Assembly (NCBI GenBank): GCA_045803545.1
Contig: JBJMOW010000005.1
Span: 416,001 to 480,000 of the forward strand
Length of the DNA stretch: 64,000 nt
Source: Gemmatimonadaceae bacterium
GTDB lineage: Bacteria > Gemmatimonadota > Gemmatimonadetes > Gemmatimonadales > Gemmatimonadaceae
Direction: 5' to 3'
The notes below the pieces were generated by a model. That model searched no databases, was not told the origin of the DNA, and saw only the letters and a program-made list of their open reading frames with translations. The position numbers and the translations under genes are program-made. Of this stretch, positions 48,090 through 57,121 are shown piece by piece (the stretch's first letter is position 1; every line of letters starts with the position of its first letter).

Positions 48090-49271
48090 TCAGCTTCCGG
48101 GAAGCTGTGCCCACCCTCCGCGCTGTGCGACAATTCTCTGGGATGGCTGTCGCAGAAGCGCCTGGTCGTAATGGAATTTGCCGCCGCCGCTGGAGTAGTA
48201 GTACTGCGCGACGATTGCCCCGTAGTAATCCCCGCCGCCGAGCTCGTATACAACGTGGTTTGGCGCATAGACGGTGTAGTAGCCCGCGAACGCACCCGAG
48301 GCGAGGGACCAATACGCCGGAGTAGCGGAAGTCCCGCACGACGAGAACGAAAGGTTGGCCGGCTTCTGCGAGGTGTTGATGACGGACCCACCACCCGCGT
48401 TGATCGAATCGCCAAGAAACACTGTCGCCTTCGGCGAGCCCGGGAACGAAAGCCTCGCGTTATTGGTCAGTACGATGACACGGAAATAATAGAGCGTATC
48501 GGTCAACGTCAGCGTCGTGTTTCCGTTGACGCTGAGCACTCCCGAAATAGCGTTGTAGCTGATCCCGCCGCCCGTAGGGACTTTGGCCGCCGGTGTGTAA
48601 CCGCCCGCGGGACATTGCGGAATGTCCATCGCCTGGCTCGGCGGCACACCAGAAGTGATCCCGCCCGTGGTGACGCCGGCTACTCCGACGTTCGGCGCTC
48701 CGCTCACGATCGCTTCGCCTTTCAGAGTTGTGTGATCGATGTTGAAGTCGCCGTTCGTACGCACGTTGGCGGCGCTGTCGATCGCGGTTGCGATGTACGC
48801 GCCCTTATCCGAATCGTAGGCGTCCAGCACGCCGCCGTTTGTCAGATACGTGGCTATTTCGCTGCGAATCGCGTATTTGAATTTCGCAACACCACCCACT
48901 GTGCCAACGATGGTCATCACGCCAGCCGTCGGATCCGTCCGCCTGCCCTGAACGACGACGTTGTATTCCTGAAGCGCGCCGGGGTCTACACGATAAATGA
49001 CAGCGCGATATGCGGCTCGGTTCGGCAGATTCGCCCAGCCAAGATCGAGACTGTCGCCCGGGTTGAGAGTCTGTACTGCCGCACTCGGCCATGCGCCATA
49101 CGTCTGTCGCAACCCCGCTTCTGCGGCATACATCGCGAGGGTGGCCTCGCGTGACGCGCGCGAAGCGCGACGCTCGTCAGAGGCGGTGGTCAACGCCGCA
49201 ACGACAACCACGCTCATGATCGTGATCGCAAAGATCACGGTAGGCAGAACGAACCCCCGGCGATTTTTCAT
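48090..49271 (-). CDS. PilX-like minor pilin with large beta-rich C-terminal domain (cluster B)
   Basis: RRG/FVLPTVIF (no Glu5), AMYAAEAGL. Confidence 0.82.
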   Translation of the reverse strand: MKNRRGFVLPTVIFAITIMSVVVVAALTTASDERRASRASREATLAMYAAEAGLRQTYGAWPSAAVQTLNPGDSLDLGWANLPNRAAYRAVIYRVDPGALQEYNVVVQGRRTDPTAGVMTIVGTVGGVAKFKYAIRSEIATYLTNGGVLDAYDSDKGAYIATAIDSAANVRTNGDFNIDHTTLKGEAIVSGAPNVGVAGVTTGGITSGVPPSQAMDIPQCPAGGYTPAAKVPTGGGISYNAISGVLSVNGNTTLTLTDTLYYFRVIVLTNNARLSFPGSPKATVFLGDSINAGGGSVINTSQKPANLSFSSCGTSATPAYWSLASGAFAGYYTVYAPNHVVYELGGGDYYGAIVAQYYYSSGGGKFHYDQALLRQPSQRIVAQRGGWAQLPGS

Positions 49272-49273
49272 TG

Positions 49274-50113
49274 TCAGCGCAGAGCGATTTTGGTGGTTAA
49301 CGAATCCCGTTGATACGTGTAACCGGTCCCGACATAGGTGGTCTTGTAGCTTTCCGTGCGAAGCGTAAAGGCGACCGCCTTTACTTTCAGCGGATCGACG
49401 GTGACCGCGCCCAGCGAATCGTAGTAGGCGAAAGCCAACCCGTTCGATGCCGGCGCGAGTAACGGCCCAGTCAACTGCTCATAGGTTGCTGCCGCCCCGA
49501 CTTTGCGACCAAGCCACCAGCGCGAATTCAACTGGTACTCGCCGTATTGCACCTTACGGAATCCGCGATAAGCGGCACCCACCACGATCCCCGATGTGTC
49601 CTTCTTGGATGTGACGGCAACTTCGATGACGACATCAGGCGGGCGGGCGCCTGGCCATGCGCAGGCAGTCACACCCATTGCCGCCGGCGTACCAACGGCA
49701 GTGACTTTCAGCGCTGTCCACTTGTCGCGACCCATTTGGAATATCAGCGCGCTGTCGTCAGCAGTCGCGAGAATGTTGCCCCCTGTCTTCCAGAGCCCGT
49801 AACGCGCGAGAGTGGGATGCTTTGCGCAAATCACGCCGAGTCCACGGGGCGAGCGCAGGGTAAGCGTGTTTGCTCCGATGACAGCGGGCGAGCTCTCCCC
49901 AAGGGCTGCCTGGCGCAGATCCCAGGAAAGGAGAGCCGCGGCCTCACGAGCGGTCTCGCGAACATCAATGATTTCCCGTTGCTTGCGATAGCCTCGACTC
50001 TGCACCGTCAACAGCTGGACGATGCTCCCCAGTACGATGAGGCCGATGACTGATGCTACCAGCAGCTCGATGAGTGTGAAGCCGCGCCGAGTCGTAAACT
50101 GTGACCGGCTCAT
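49274..50113 (-). CDS. PilW-like minor pilin (cluster B)
   Basis: RRG/FTLIELLV; start ATG 50113 by ATGA overlap. Confidence 0.85.
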   Translation of the reverse strand: MSRSQFTTRRGFTLIELLVASVIGLIVLGSIVQLLTVQSRGYRKQREIIDVRETAREAAALLSWDLRQAALGESSPAVIGANTLTLRSPRGLGVICAKHPTLARYGLWKTGGNILATADDSALIFQMGRDKWTALKVTAVGTPAAMGVTACAWPGARPPDVVIEVAVTSKKDTSGIVVGAAYRGFRKVQYGEYQLNSRWWLGRKVGAAATYEQLTGPLLAPASNGLAFAYYDSLGAVTVDPLKVKAVAFTLRTESYKTTYVGTGYTYQRDSLTTKIALR

Positions 50114-50514
50114 TGAACGCGAGCGTTGGCCAGGAAAAGACTGACCGTGTCCGGATACAGCACCGTAGTCTGCGCCTGTCCGCGTCGCGTAACCACCACG
50201 TTCACTTTTTGAGAATTGGCGTTCATCGTGGTGACGGTCCACGTCACCGCGCGACCACGTATAGTGGTCGACCCGTTTGATACGTTATTCCACCCTTTCG
50301 CCACGAGGCTGTCCACGACCTGCTGGACATCCGCTGAATATTGGAGATCCTGTCGCGCCTTCCCCATTTGGTTAAGGCCGAGCGATGCGGCACCGGCGAG
50401 GCTCATCATGGCGACCGCGAGCAGCGTTACCGAGACGATGATCTCCACAAGGGAGAAGCCGCGGCGAAGGTTTTTGGAATTTGATTCGGTTGCCACCATG
50501 CTCGCCGCGCTCAT
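50110..50514 (-). CDS. PilV-like minor pilin (cluster B)
   Basis: RRG/FSLVEIIV; start 50514 by ATGA overlap. Confidence 0.85.
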   Translation of the reverse strand: MSAASMVATESNSKNLRRGFSLVEIIVSVTLLAVAMMSLAGAASLGLNQMGKARQDLQYSADVQQVVDSLVAKGWNNVSNGSTTIRGRAVTWTVTTMNANSQKVNVVVTRRGQAQTTVLYPDTVSLFLANARVQ

Positions 50515-50978
50515 CGTAGCATCTTGCCGAGCGCAGTCGTCACGATCGTATCGGCCGTCAGGCCGTCGGCAAAAATCAACTGGGCATCCCCGGGCTGGCA
50601 GCTGCCAAGGGTTGACGGGATGCCGCGAGCATCGAAGCAAAGGAGGGCGCGAGAGCTGGTCATCGTCACCCCGTTGTCGCTGACGTCGCGAACATTGGCG
50701 ATGGTGGCTCGTTGATTGGATCCGTTCGCGCTTGTATCGACATCGACCCAAAAGCGCTTGTTCGGGGCGTCAATATGAAGCTGAGCGATGCGGCCGTATC
50801 TGAGCGCCGTTGCTCGCGTGAGGTTGTGAACGAGGACGAACTGATCTGCGGCGGACGACGACTGTCTGCTTTGGAGAGCGGCCGTGACATGCGGCCCGCT
50901 GATAGCGGCAAGGATGCCGAGTACCGCGATGGAGATTATTCCCTCGATCAGCGTGAAGCCCGCTCTCTGCGTCGTCAT
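50511..50978 (-). CDS. FimT/FimU/GspH-like minor pilin (cluster B)
   Basis: RAG/FTLIEGII, LCFDARGIP, TALGKM. Confidence 0.85.
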   Translation of the reverse strand: MTTQRAGFTLIEGIISIAVLGILAAISGPHVTAALQSRQSSSAADQFVLVHNLTRATALRYGRIAQLHIDAPNKRFWVDVDTSANGSNQRATIANVRDVSDNGVTMTSSRALLCFDARGIPSTLGSCQPGDAQLIFADGLTADTIVTTALGKMLR

Positions 50979-51062
50979 CCGACTGCTCGCCTCGCCTGCG
51001 TCATTCGGTATCAGGGCTCGCTACCATAGCAAACGGGCGTACTACGGCTGAGCTATATCTAC

Positions 51063-51091
51063 CGACTCTCCCTTAAGGCGAAACCGTCACA
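51063..51091 (-). promoter_or_regulatory. ECF-type promoter motif copy D, upstream of pilin cluster B
   Basis: TGTGAC-GGTTTCGCCTTAAGGGAG-AGTCG; same 18-nt spacing as the three other copies. Confidence 0.68.
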
Positions 51092-51203
51092 TGCCCGTTT
51101 ATATCTTCTAGCGGGGGCGATTGGCGATCCTACTTAAGTGCTTGTCACGTCCACAGTTCGGCCGCTGGCGAAACAGGAACCCGTGTTAAACAGACGTCAC
51201 AAC

Positions 51204-51232
51204 GAAGCCCGGGGACCGCCACCCCGGGCTTC
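51204..51232 (-). terminator. Hairpin/terminator after the DUF4382 gene
   Basis: GAAGCCCGGGG-7nt-CCCCGGGCTTC; weak U-tract. Confidence 0.6.
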
Positions 51233-51248
51233 TCCGGCCAAGGTGGCG

Positions 51249-52133
51249 TTAGGGCGCCACTACGATGACTTGGCTGTCGGTCTCAGTCCCAGTAGTAATG
51301 GTCAGGCCACCCGCGAGTAAAGCGGGCTTGAACCCCGACGCGGCGGGGGGCGTGGCTCTTAACACGTACGCACCCGGAAGTAGGAACGCGATACGAAAAT
51401 CGCCGTTGGCGTCGGTCGTAGTGCTGCGAACAATGTGCGTTGGGTCGGTATCGTTGAGCGACGCGCCGGCGGTTAGAACTTCGACCGTTGTCGCCGGTAC
51501 TACAGCGCCAGTCGGGCTGTTCGCCCGTACGGAGCCGCTCACGCTCCCGGTGATATCCTGTGCAACCGCGTGAATTACTGGCCTGAAGTTGAACCCGTTC
51601 TTCGCATTGTTTCCCCGCATCACGAAGCTTCGGCCGATATCGAAGTCGAGCGTCGTCACCGAGCCATTCTCGGTGAGATTAATCGGCTCATCGAGAATCA
51701 CTTTGATTCCGCTATGCCCTGCGCTCGGGAAGAAGACCTGCGGCTTCGTCCCATCCTTCAGTGTGAGACTCGATTTGTCTGTGTCGAGAATGAGCCGAAA
51801 GCTTTGGTAAGTTCCCGTCGGCAATGTGGCCGCGCCGAGGTTCACCGTTTTGCCGCTTCCCAGGTCGAGGAGGTCGATCAGTGCATTCGGCGTGGCGACC
51901 GTTGTCCATCCCTGACTTGATTCGTCGGTCGCGTCCTCGTCGGTCGAAGGAGCGCGCTTCGCATCAACGCGGACAACGTAGACATCTACGTTTGCGACGT
52001 CAGAGAATGGGAAAGGAGCGTCGGTGAGACGGACAGTCAAAAGACCTGTCCCTGTCCCAGCGGAGTCTGAGCAGCCTGCTGCGCCAAGCGCGCCAAGCGC
52101 GCAAGCTCCGAGAAGCCGGAAAGTTTTATTCAT
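51249..52133 (-). CDS. DUF4382-domain lipoprotein with a C-terminal carboxypeptidase-regulatory-like domain
   Basis: AAGC lipobox, LTVRLTDAP, LPTGTYQSFRL, LDFDIGRSF, FRPVI. Confidence 0.85.
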   Translation of the reverse strand: MNKTFRLLGACALGALGAAGCSDSAGTGTGLLTVRLTDAPFPFSDVANVDVYVVRVDAKRAPSTDEDATDESSQGWTTVATPNALIDLLDLGSGKTVNLGAATLPTGTYQSFRLILDTDKSSLTLKDGTKPQVFFPSAGHSGIKVILDEPINLTENGSVTTLDFDIGRSFVMRGNNAKNGFNFRPVIHAVAQDITGSVSGSVRANSPTGAVVPATTVEVLTAGASLNDTDPTHIVRSTTTDANGDFRIAFLLPGAYVLRATPPAASGFKPALLAGGLTITTGTETDSQVIVVAP

Positions 52134-52203
52134 CGTTCATGCCCCTGCATTCGTTTTGTCGGAAATGATTTCGGTTCCGCGCTTCGCGCGACCTTTATTC
52201 GCA

Positions 52204-52232
52204 TGACTCGACGAGTAGCGCGGAGAGTCACA
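52204..52232 (-). promoter_or_regulatory. ECF-type promoter motif copy B, upstream of the DUF4382 lipoprotein
   Basis: TGTGAC-TCTCCGCGCTACTCGTCG-AGTCA. Confidence 0.75.
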
Positions 52233-52260
52233 GCTCGTCCACAAAACGGTTGCTCTGGTG

Positions 52261-52292
52261 GAAAAGAAAAAGGGACAGCCTGCGCTGTCCCT
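52261..52292 (-). terminator. Intrinsic terminator
   Basis: AGGGACAGC-4nt-GCTGTCCCT followed by TTTTCTTTTC on the minus strand. Confidence 0.8.
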
Positions 52293-52297
52293 CTATC

Positions 52298-53023
52298 TCA
52301 CTTGTCAGTCTTCGGTGGTCGGTGACCCTGCCCGGGATTCGTCTTCTTTCCACCGTTCCCGGGCACGCCAGCTGGCGGCCCCGCCGTTGCAGGGCGACCG
52401 CTAACTCCCCTTCCCTGGTTACCCCGACCATTGCCATTCCCGTGATCGCGCCCGGCCGCAGCCTGCGCTGGCAGATCACTAGGCAACGTTTCCAGATCGG
52501 CGTCCGACGCCCTTTGCTGGAGCCTCGACATCACTCTCTGGAATGCTTCGCTTGCCGACACGCCGCGATCGGTGAGACTGCCAATCACGAACAAAGGCAC
52601 CGCGAGTGAGCGTCCGCTCGGAGCCGAGCGAGCGAGCGAGGAAACGGCCGCACCGTCAACTCCTTTGCGCATGACTTCAGCGGCTGCTTCGATCTCGTCA
52701 GCTTCTGGCGTCGAGCCTCTACCTGCAACCAGTGCAGTACGCGCCACCTCCATTCTCTCTACCTGATCGCTCACCGAACGCTCGATGTCCGCGGGTGCAA
52801 CGCCCTTGGCGGCGAACTTGAGAGCACGGTTCTCGAGCGCTTCCGCTGGGAGCTGGCGCGCACGCGCGTCGGCTATTCGCGCGAGTATGCGCGCGGCGAC
52901 GTCCGAGGGCAACACTTCGCGCAGGCGCGTCGAAGGATCCTTCGACGGGGTCTGCGCTTGCGCCACTGACGCAGCGAAAAGCCAGCTGAGAATGAAGAGC
53001 GCCGTAAGGCGCGATGTGGACAT
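52298..53023 (-). CDS. Secreted alpha-helical hypothetical protein with a Gly/Pro/Asn-rich tail
   Basis: GGGAG 9 nt before ATG 53023; signal peptide ending AQA; tail GNGNGRGNQGRG...GPPAGVPGNGG. Confidence 0.78.
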   Translation of the reverse strand: MSTSRLTALFILSWLFAASVAQAQTPSKDPSTRLREVLPSDVAARILARIADARARQLPAEALENRALKFAAKGVAPADIERSVSDQVERMEVARTALVAGRGSTPEADEIEAAAEVMRKGVDGAAVSSLARSAPSGRSLAVPLFVIGSLTDRGVSASEAFQRVMSRLQQRASDADLETLPSDLPAQAAAGRDHGNGNGRGNQGRGVSGRPATAGPPAGVPGNGGKKTNPGQGHRPPKTDK

Positions 53024-53102
53024 TGAGTACATCTCCCGAAGGAGAGATTTGCCGTTCATTATTTGCATTCTACGGTCTAATTCGTACCAGTTACGCCAAT
53101 AT

Positions 53103-53131
53103 TGACTCGTCAAGCGCCCGGCTGAGTCACA
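53103..53131 (-). promoter_or_regulatory. ECF-type promoter motif copy A
   Basis: TGTGAC-TCAGCCGGGCGCTTGACG-AGTCA. Confidence 0.75.
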
Positions 53132-53138
53132 TTCTGAC

Positions 53139-54272
53139 TCATTCGACCACCAGTAGACCCACTGAGCCCCCGAACTCGTCAAGCATTGAGAGCAGTCCGG
53201 GAGGAGCAGTCCACTTCCCACCGTTCATCCTCAGATCGATCTGGTACTTGCCCGGACGGAGAGCGCGACTCGCTATCCACCAACCGTTACCCGCAGGTGC
53301 CATTTGCAGTGGATCCCAATCAGTGAAATCACCCGCGACTTCAACGTTCTTTGCCAGGGGTGCCAGTACTTTGAACGTCACCACACCGCTGCGATTCTCG
53401 GTTTCGAAGGCGACAACTTTTGCCTCGAGGACCTCTGCGCTGTCGCTATTCGCTTGCCTGGTAAGCCTCGGCGGATGTGCCAGCCGAACGCCGAGTGAAA
53501 TAAAACGCCCGCCTGGAAATCCCTGCGTCGGATCGATCGGGTAGGTCCCTCCGCTCAGCACCACCGCCGCTCTCGAGGTCAACCACGAGGTAATGCTTGC
53601 ATTCCCCCAGATTCGAGTTGTGCCACCGAGCGCAGTCAACTGGTCGCCGACGCGCCCGCCAACAAGAGCGCTGAAATCAACCTTCTTGCGTTCCCCGGAG
53701 AGAAGAAGCTGCGCGTCAGCGTATCGCACTGAGTCGCCCATCGCTACGGGCGTAATGGTAAGAGTGGCAGTTGCCCGCTGAATGTTGCGCGACACTCCGG
53801 CCTCGCCCAACAGCACGTCTCTCGCCTGGCTGCCAAAAGTTGTTCGTCCGATGCCCGCGCCGATGAACCATTCAACCAGTCGATGCTCGGCGTGGAGTCT
53901 GGCGTTCAACAGCAATTCACCGGTACGTGAGCCATCGCGATGCGTGCTACCGCCGGCAAAACCGGCGAGCTCGCCGCCGAAGCGACTGACGGGCACGAAC
54001 ACTGACCCGCTAGCATGTCCCTGCAGGCTCCAGTCGCTTCCAAATTGAGAATAGGTAGTGCCTGCCTCCGCGATCTTGTTGCCCCAATCCGCGAATAACT
54101 GCGGACTAACGCTCGCGGCGACGCCGTTCAATGTATCGGCGTATTGGATTGCTACGCCTCCCAGATCGATGCTGCTCTCGATCCGCTGCGCGCCAGCCAC
54201 CTGCGCGCAAACGCAGACTCCGGAAAGGGCCGGCAGGAGTATTCGTAGCGAACCAGGCCGTAGGATTTTCAA
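53139..54272 (-). CDS. Secreted/outer-membrane beta-rich protein with a C-terminal glycogen-binding (CBM48/AMPK-beta-like) domain
   Basis: Signal peptide; amphipathic beta strands; VEVAGDFTDW...GWW...LRPGKYQ...NGGKW...DEFGG. Confidence 0.82.
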   Translation of the reverse strand: MKILRPGSLRILLPALSGVCVCAQVAGAQRIESSIDLGGVAIQYADTLNGVAASVSPQLFADWGNKIAEAGTTYSQFGSDWSLQGHASGSVFVPVSRFGGELAGFAGGSTHRDGSRTGELLLNARLHAEHRLVEWFIGAGIGRTTFGSQARDVLLGEAGVSRNIQRATATLTITPVAMGDSVRYADAQLLLSGERKKVDFSALVGGRVGDQLTALGGTTRIWGNASITSWLTSRAAVVLSGGTYPIDPTQGFPGGRFISLGVRLAHPPRLTRQANSDSAEVLEAKVVAFETENRSGVVTFKVLAPLAKNVEVAGDFTDWDPLQMAPAGNGWWIASRALRPGKYQIDLRMNGGKWTAPPGLLSMLDEFGGSVGLLVVE

Positions 54273-54309
54273 GGAACATAAATATCAGTTCCCTGAGAGT
54301 GCGTAGCTA

Positions 54310-54927
54310 CTAAGTCGTTGATTTTGCGTCAGACCCGACGCGAATTACCGAGCTCTCGGTGCCAAAGTCGTCGGAGCTCTTTACCGCGAGTGGGTCGATT
54401 ACCCAGCGCTTGCCGTCGACGATAAAAGCGTACTCATGACGACCCGGCGTAAGCGCGACCGAAACAGCCCAAACTCCCGGGGCACCAGACGGAGCAAGGT
54501 GCGTAGCACCCTTGGTCCACTCGTTGAAGTCCCCAACGAGCTGAACGCTCGATGCCTGACGGTCGACCAGAACGAAGCGAACCAGCTGCACGGTGTCGGT
54601 GGCCGGAACGGCGGCCGTACGCTCGGCGGGAGCTCGATTGCTTGACAGTCGCGCGCCGACTGCGATACCCGAAGCGGCCACGACGATCAATGCACTGGCG
54701 GCAATCGCGACTGCCGTGAGCGGTGTGATGTTGAATGCACGGCCTGTACGCCACCACGAGGCGTGCGTCAGCGCTGGATACAATGCAGGCCCTTCGACGT
54801 GCACGTTCTCCATGACGCGACGCTCGAACGACGGGTGCGCGCGCTCGACCGCGCGCAACGACACTGCTACGCGCTCGAGAAAAGCAGTGTCATCCATTTC
54901 GCTTCGACTGTCGTGGCGCTCAACCAT
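54310..54927 (-). CDS. Single-TM putative anti-sigma factor with a C-terminal CBM48/AMPK-beta-like domain
   Basis: 8-nt overlap with the ECF gene; short N-domain, TM AVAIAASALIVVAASGIAVG, then VQLVGDFNEW...GVW...LTPGRHEYAFIVDGKRWVIDP...DDFG. Confidence 0.82.
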   Translation of the reverse strand: MVERHDSRSEMDDTAFLERVAVSLRAVERAHPSFERRVMENVHVEGPALYPALTHASWWRTGRAFNITPLTAVAIAASALIVVAASGIAVGARLSSNRAPAERTAAVPATDTVQLVRFVLVDRQASSVQLVGDFNEWTKGATHLAPSGAPGVWAVSVALTPGRHEYAFIVDGKRWVIDPLAVKSSDDFGTESSVIRVGSDAKSTT

Positions 54928-55471
54928 TGTAGACTCCTTCCAACAAATCTCTCAGCGAATCTGCCGCACGCTTTACTCTCATCTTCAGGGCAGAAACGCT
55001 CGCTCCGGTCATCTCCGCAATTTCTTCGTACGTCAGCTCTTCGACGTGCTTGAGCAAGAAAGCTTCTCGCTGATCCATCGGCAGCATGCCAAGCGCGCGC
55101 TCTATGTGTCCGCCAAAATCACGATCGGCGGATTCGTCGGAGCCTGGTGCGATGGCCCGCTCGATCTCGAGCGTTGCCGAGACGAATCGCTGTTCACGAC
55201 GGTTTCGTCGAGAGGCGAATGTCCTGCACTCATTGACAACAATTTGATAGAGCCATCCACCAAAACGATCGCGATCACGGCAACTCCGCAGGTTACGAAA
55301 CGCGCGCATGAACGCCGACTGAAGGACGTCGTCCGCATCCACGCGTGAACCCAGCATGCGGACGGCGTACCGGACGCAGGTATCCTGATGGCGACGCACC
55401 AATAGCGAGAACGAATCGATGTTGCCCGCTATGACGGCTGCGATCAGGTCAGCGTCCGATGCCCCTGTCAC
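54920..55471 (-). CDS. ECF RNA polymerase sigma factor (probable leaderless GTG start at 55471; the ORF track extends to 55582)
   Basis: DADDVLQSAFMRAF, FGGWLYQIVVN, LPMDQREAFLLKHVEELTYEEIA, ALKMRVKRA. Confidence 0.93.
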   Translation of the reverse strand: MTGASDADLIAAVIAGNIDSFSLLVRRHQDTCVRYAVRMLGSRVDADDVLQSAFMRAFRNLRSCRDRDRFGGWLYQIVVNECRTFASRRNRREQRFVSATLEIERAIAPGSDESADRDFGGHIERALGMLPMDQREAFLLKHVEELTYEEIAEMTGASVSALKMRVKRAADSLRDLLEGVYNG

Positions 55472-55478
55472 GAGTGAA

Positions 55479-55507
55479 TGACTGCCGATTGGGCGCAAAT
55501 CGTCACA
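55479..55507 (-). promoter_or_regulatory. ECF-type promoter motif copy C (putative autoregulatory)
   Basis: TGTGAC-GATTTGCGCCCAATCGGC-AGTCA, ending 7 nt before the in-frame GTG of the sigma gene. Confidence 0.72.
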
Positions 55508-55598
55508 CAGCGGGATATCGAGCTGGCTAGACGCCTCGGAATCTTCCGACCCCAGGGGCCGGACGCGGGAAGGCTGCAACATCGCGGACGTATTCGAC

Positions 55599-56018
55599 TT
55601 AGCGAATGAAGCCGCGATCGGTTCTGACCTTGGCTGCCTGCTCTTTCTGCTTTTTGGCCAGCAGCGCCATTGCCGCTGAATCCGTGCGTGGCTTGACCAC
55701 TACTCCGCCAGAGGTGTCTTCGTTGCTGACGACGGTGTCTTTGCATTTGCGCTGGTCGAACACCGAGCGGGTCTCACAACCCGAGCGAAGCAGCTTCGAC
55801 GATTCAACGCCCGTCGTTTTCGCAGGCACGCATTTGCCGCGCGCTGCGTCAGCCGCAACGCACACGGTCTCCGCGCGCCCTTCCGGACGACGGGAGACCG
55901 AGTACATCAACGCGGCAAGCGATGACACTGCTACCGCGAGGAGCAGTAGCGCCAGCAGCAGCTCGCCAAACACGAAGCCAGGACGGCTCCGTGTGGCGAG
56001 TGCGCTTTCTGATTTCAT
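55599..56018 (-). CDS. Small atypical prepilin-like protein (cluster A)
   Basis: RPG/FVFGELLLALLLLAV; four Cys; TAATG coupling to the PilX-like gene. Confidence 0.6.
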   Translation of the reverse strand: MKSESALATRSRPGFVFGELLLALLLLAVAVSSLAALMYSVSRRPEGRAETVCVAADAARGKCVPAKTTGVESSKLLRSGCETRSVFDQRKCKDTVVSNEDTSGGVVVKPRTDSAAMALLAKKQKEQAAKVRTDRGFIR

Positions 56019-57103
56019 TAGTACTCCACCCAGTTGTCGACCCAGGTATTGCGCAGGGTGACAAGGGCACCAGCAGGCTTGTTAGCCTTCGCAACTTCGC
56101 ATGAATTGAAGTTGTAGCTCTTCGTACCGTTGGCAGTTGCCGGCGGTACAACCATACCGAGCTTGACGTTCAAGCCGCTGACCGTCGCGCCCGTGATACC
56201 GTTATTACCGTTCGACGTGATGTTACCGCCGACTAGCAGTACCCCTTTCCAGCCCACGCTTCCGTTCAGCGTCAGACTGCCTGTCACGATGAGCATTCCC
56301 TGACCGGAGACGGGGAGCGCAAAGTCTCCGTTCACACGAATGATCGGGTAGTACGAGGTGTCTGCAAACATTGCGGCGGTCGGGAAAGACCCACCCGGTA
56401 TCGTGATCGATGGGGTGATCGAGTTCTGATTCACGATTGAATTCCAATCGATGTGTACAGAATCGGATGTAACGGTATCGATCGGCGGATCTCCGACCGC
56501 GACACCCGTCTTGCCCGTGTATCCAGGATTGACAGGAACTACGACACCCGCAACCGTGTCCTCCTGACCGCAGAGATCGATTCCGCCAATGGTGCCGGCC
56601 GCGCCATTCTTCTGAATTCCAGAGAGCGCTGTCCAGCCGGCGAGCACCTGCATCGGGATTGGCTCCCAAAGCACGTACTGCGCAACCGTTCGCACCGCCT
56701 GGGGAGAACCGTTATAGGCATTGGTCGTTTCTAAACCTTTCGAACGCACCACGTACAGACCAGACTGGTTGTTAATCGGCGGACGAATCATCGTCAAAGA
56801 AACGTTTGCGATCCCACCGGGCACACTGATGGAAGCGCTGTCCTTGGCGGCTGGGACGTGCCCGCACGGCGTAGGATTGCACCGCAGGGTGCCCGCTGTG
56901 ATCAGCGAGTCTCTGGCAATGAGGTAAAGCTCGAGCCCCTGCTCGGCGATGCGGAAGGCGGAGACCTGGGATTTCTGGTCATCCACCGATCGACGCTCCG
57001 CGCTCACGATCGAGAAGCCACCAGCAACCATGATTGTCAGAACCATGATCACCAGTACGGCGGTCGGAATCGCAAATCCGCGGCGATTGTTGTTGGTCAG
57101 CAT
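56018..57103 (-). CDS. PilX-like minor pilin with a beta-rich C-terminal domain (cluster A)
   Basis: RRG/FAIPTAVLV (no Glu5), AFRIAEQGL, GQGMLIVTGSLTLNG. Confidence 0.82.
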   Translation of the reverse strand: MLTNNNRRGFAIPTAVLVIMVLTIMVAGGFSIVSAERRSVDDQKSQVSAFRIAEQGLELYLIARDSLITAGTLRCNPTPCGHVPAAKDSASISVPGGIANVSLTMIRPPINNQSGLYVVRSKGLETTNAYNGSPQAVRTVAQYVLWEPIPMQVLAGWTALSGIQKNGAAGTIGGIDLCGQEDTVAGVVVPVNPGYTGKTGVAVGDPPIDTVTSDSVHIDWNSIVNQNSITPSITIPGGSFPTAAMFADTSYYPIIRVNGDFALPVSGQGMLIVTGSLTLNGSVGWKGVLLVGGNITSNGNNGITGATVSGLNVKLGMVVPPATANGTKSYNFNSCEVAKANKPAGALVTLRNTWVDNWVEY

Positions 57104-57121
57104 ATCGATGAAGCCTCTCGG

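Noticed and set aside
51173..51201. Fifth copy of the ECF motif (GTCACA at 51196-51201)
   Set aside because: There is no AGTC box at the 18-nt spacing.
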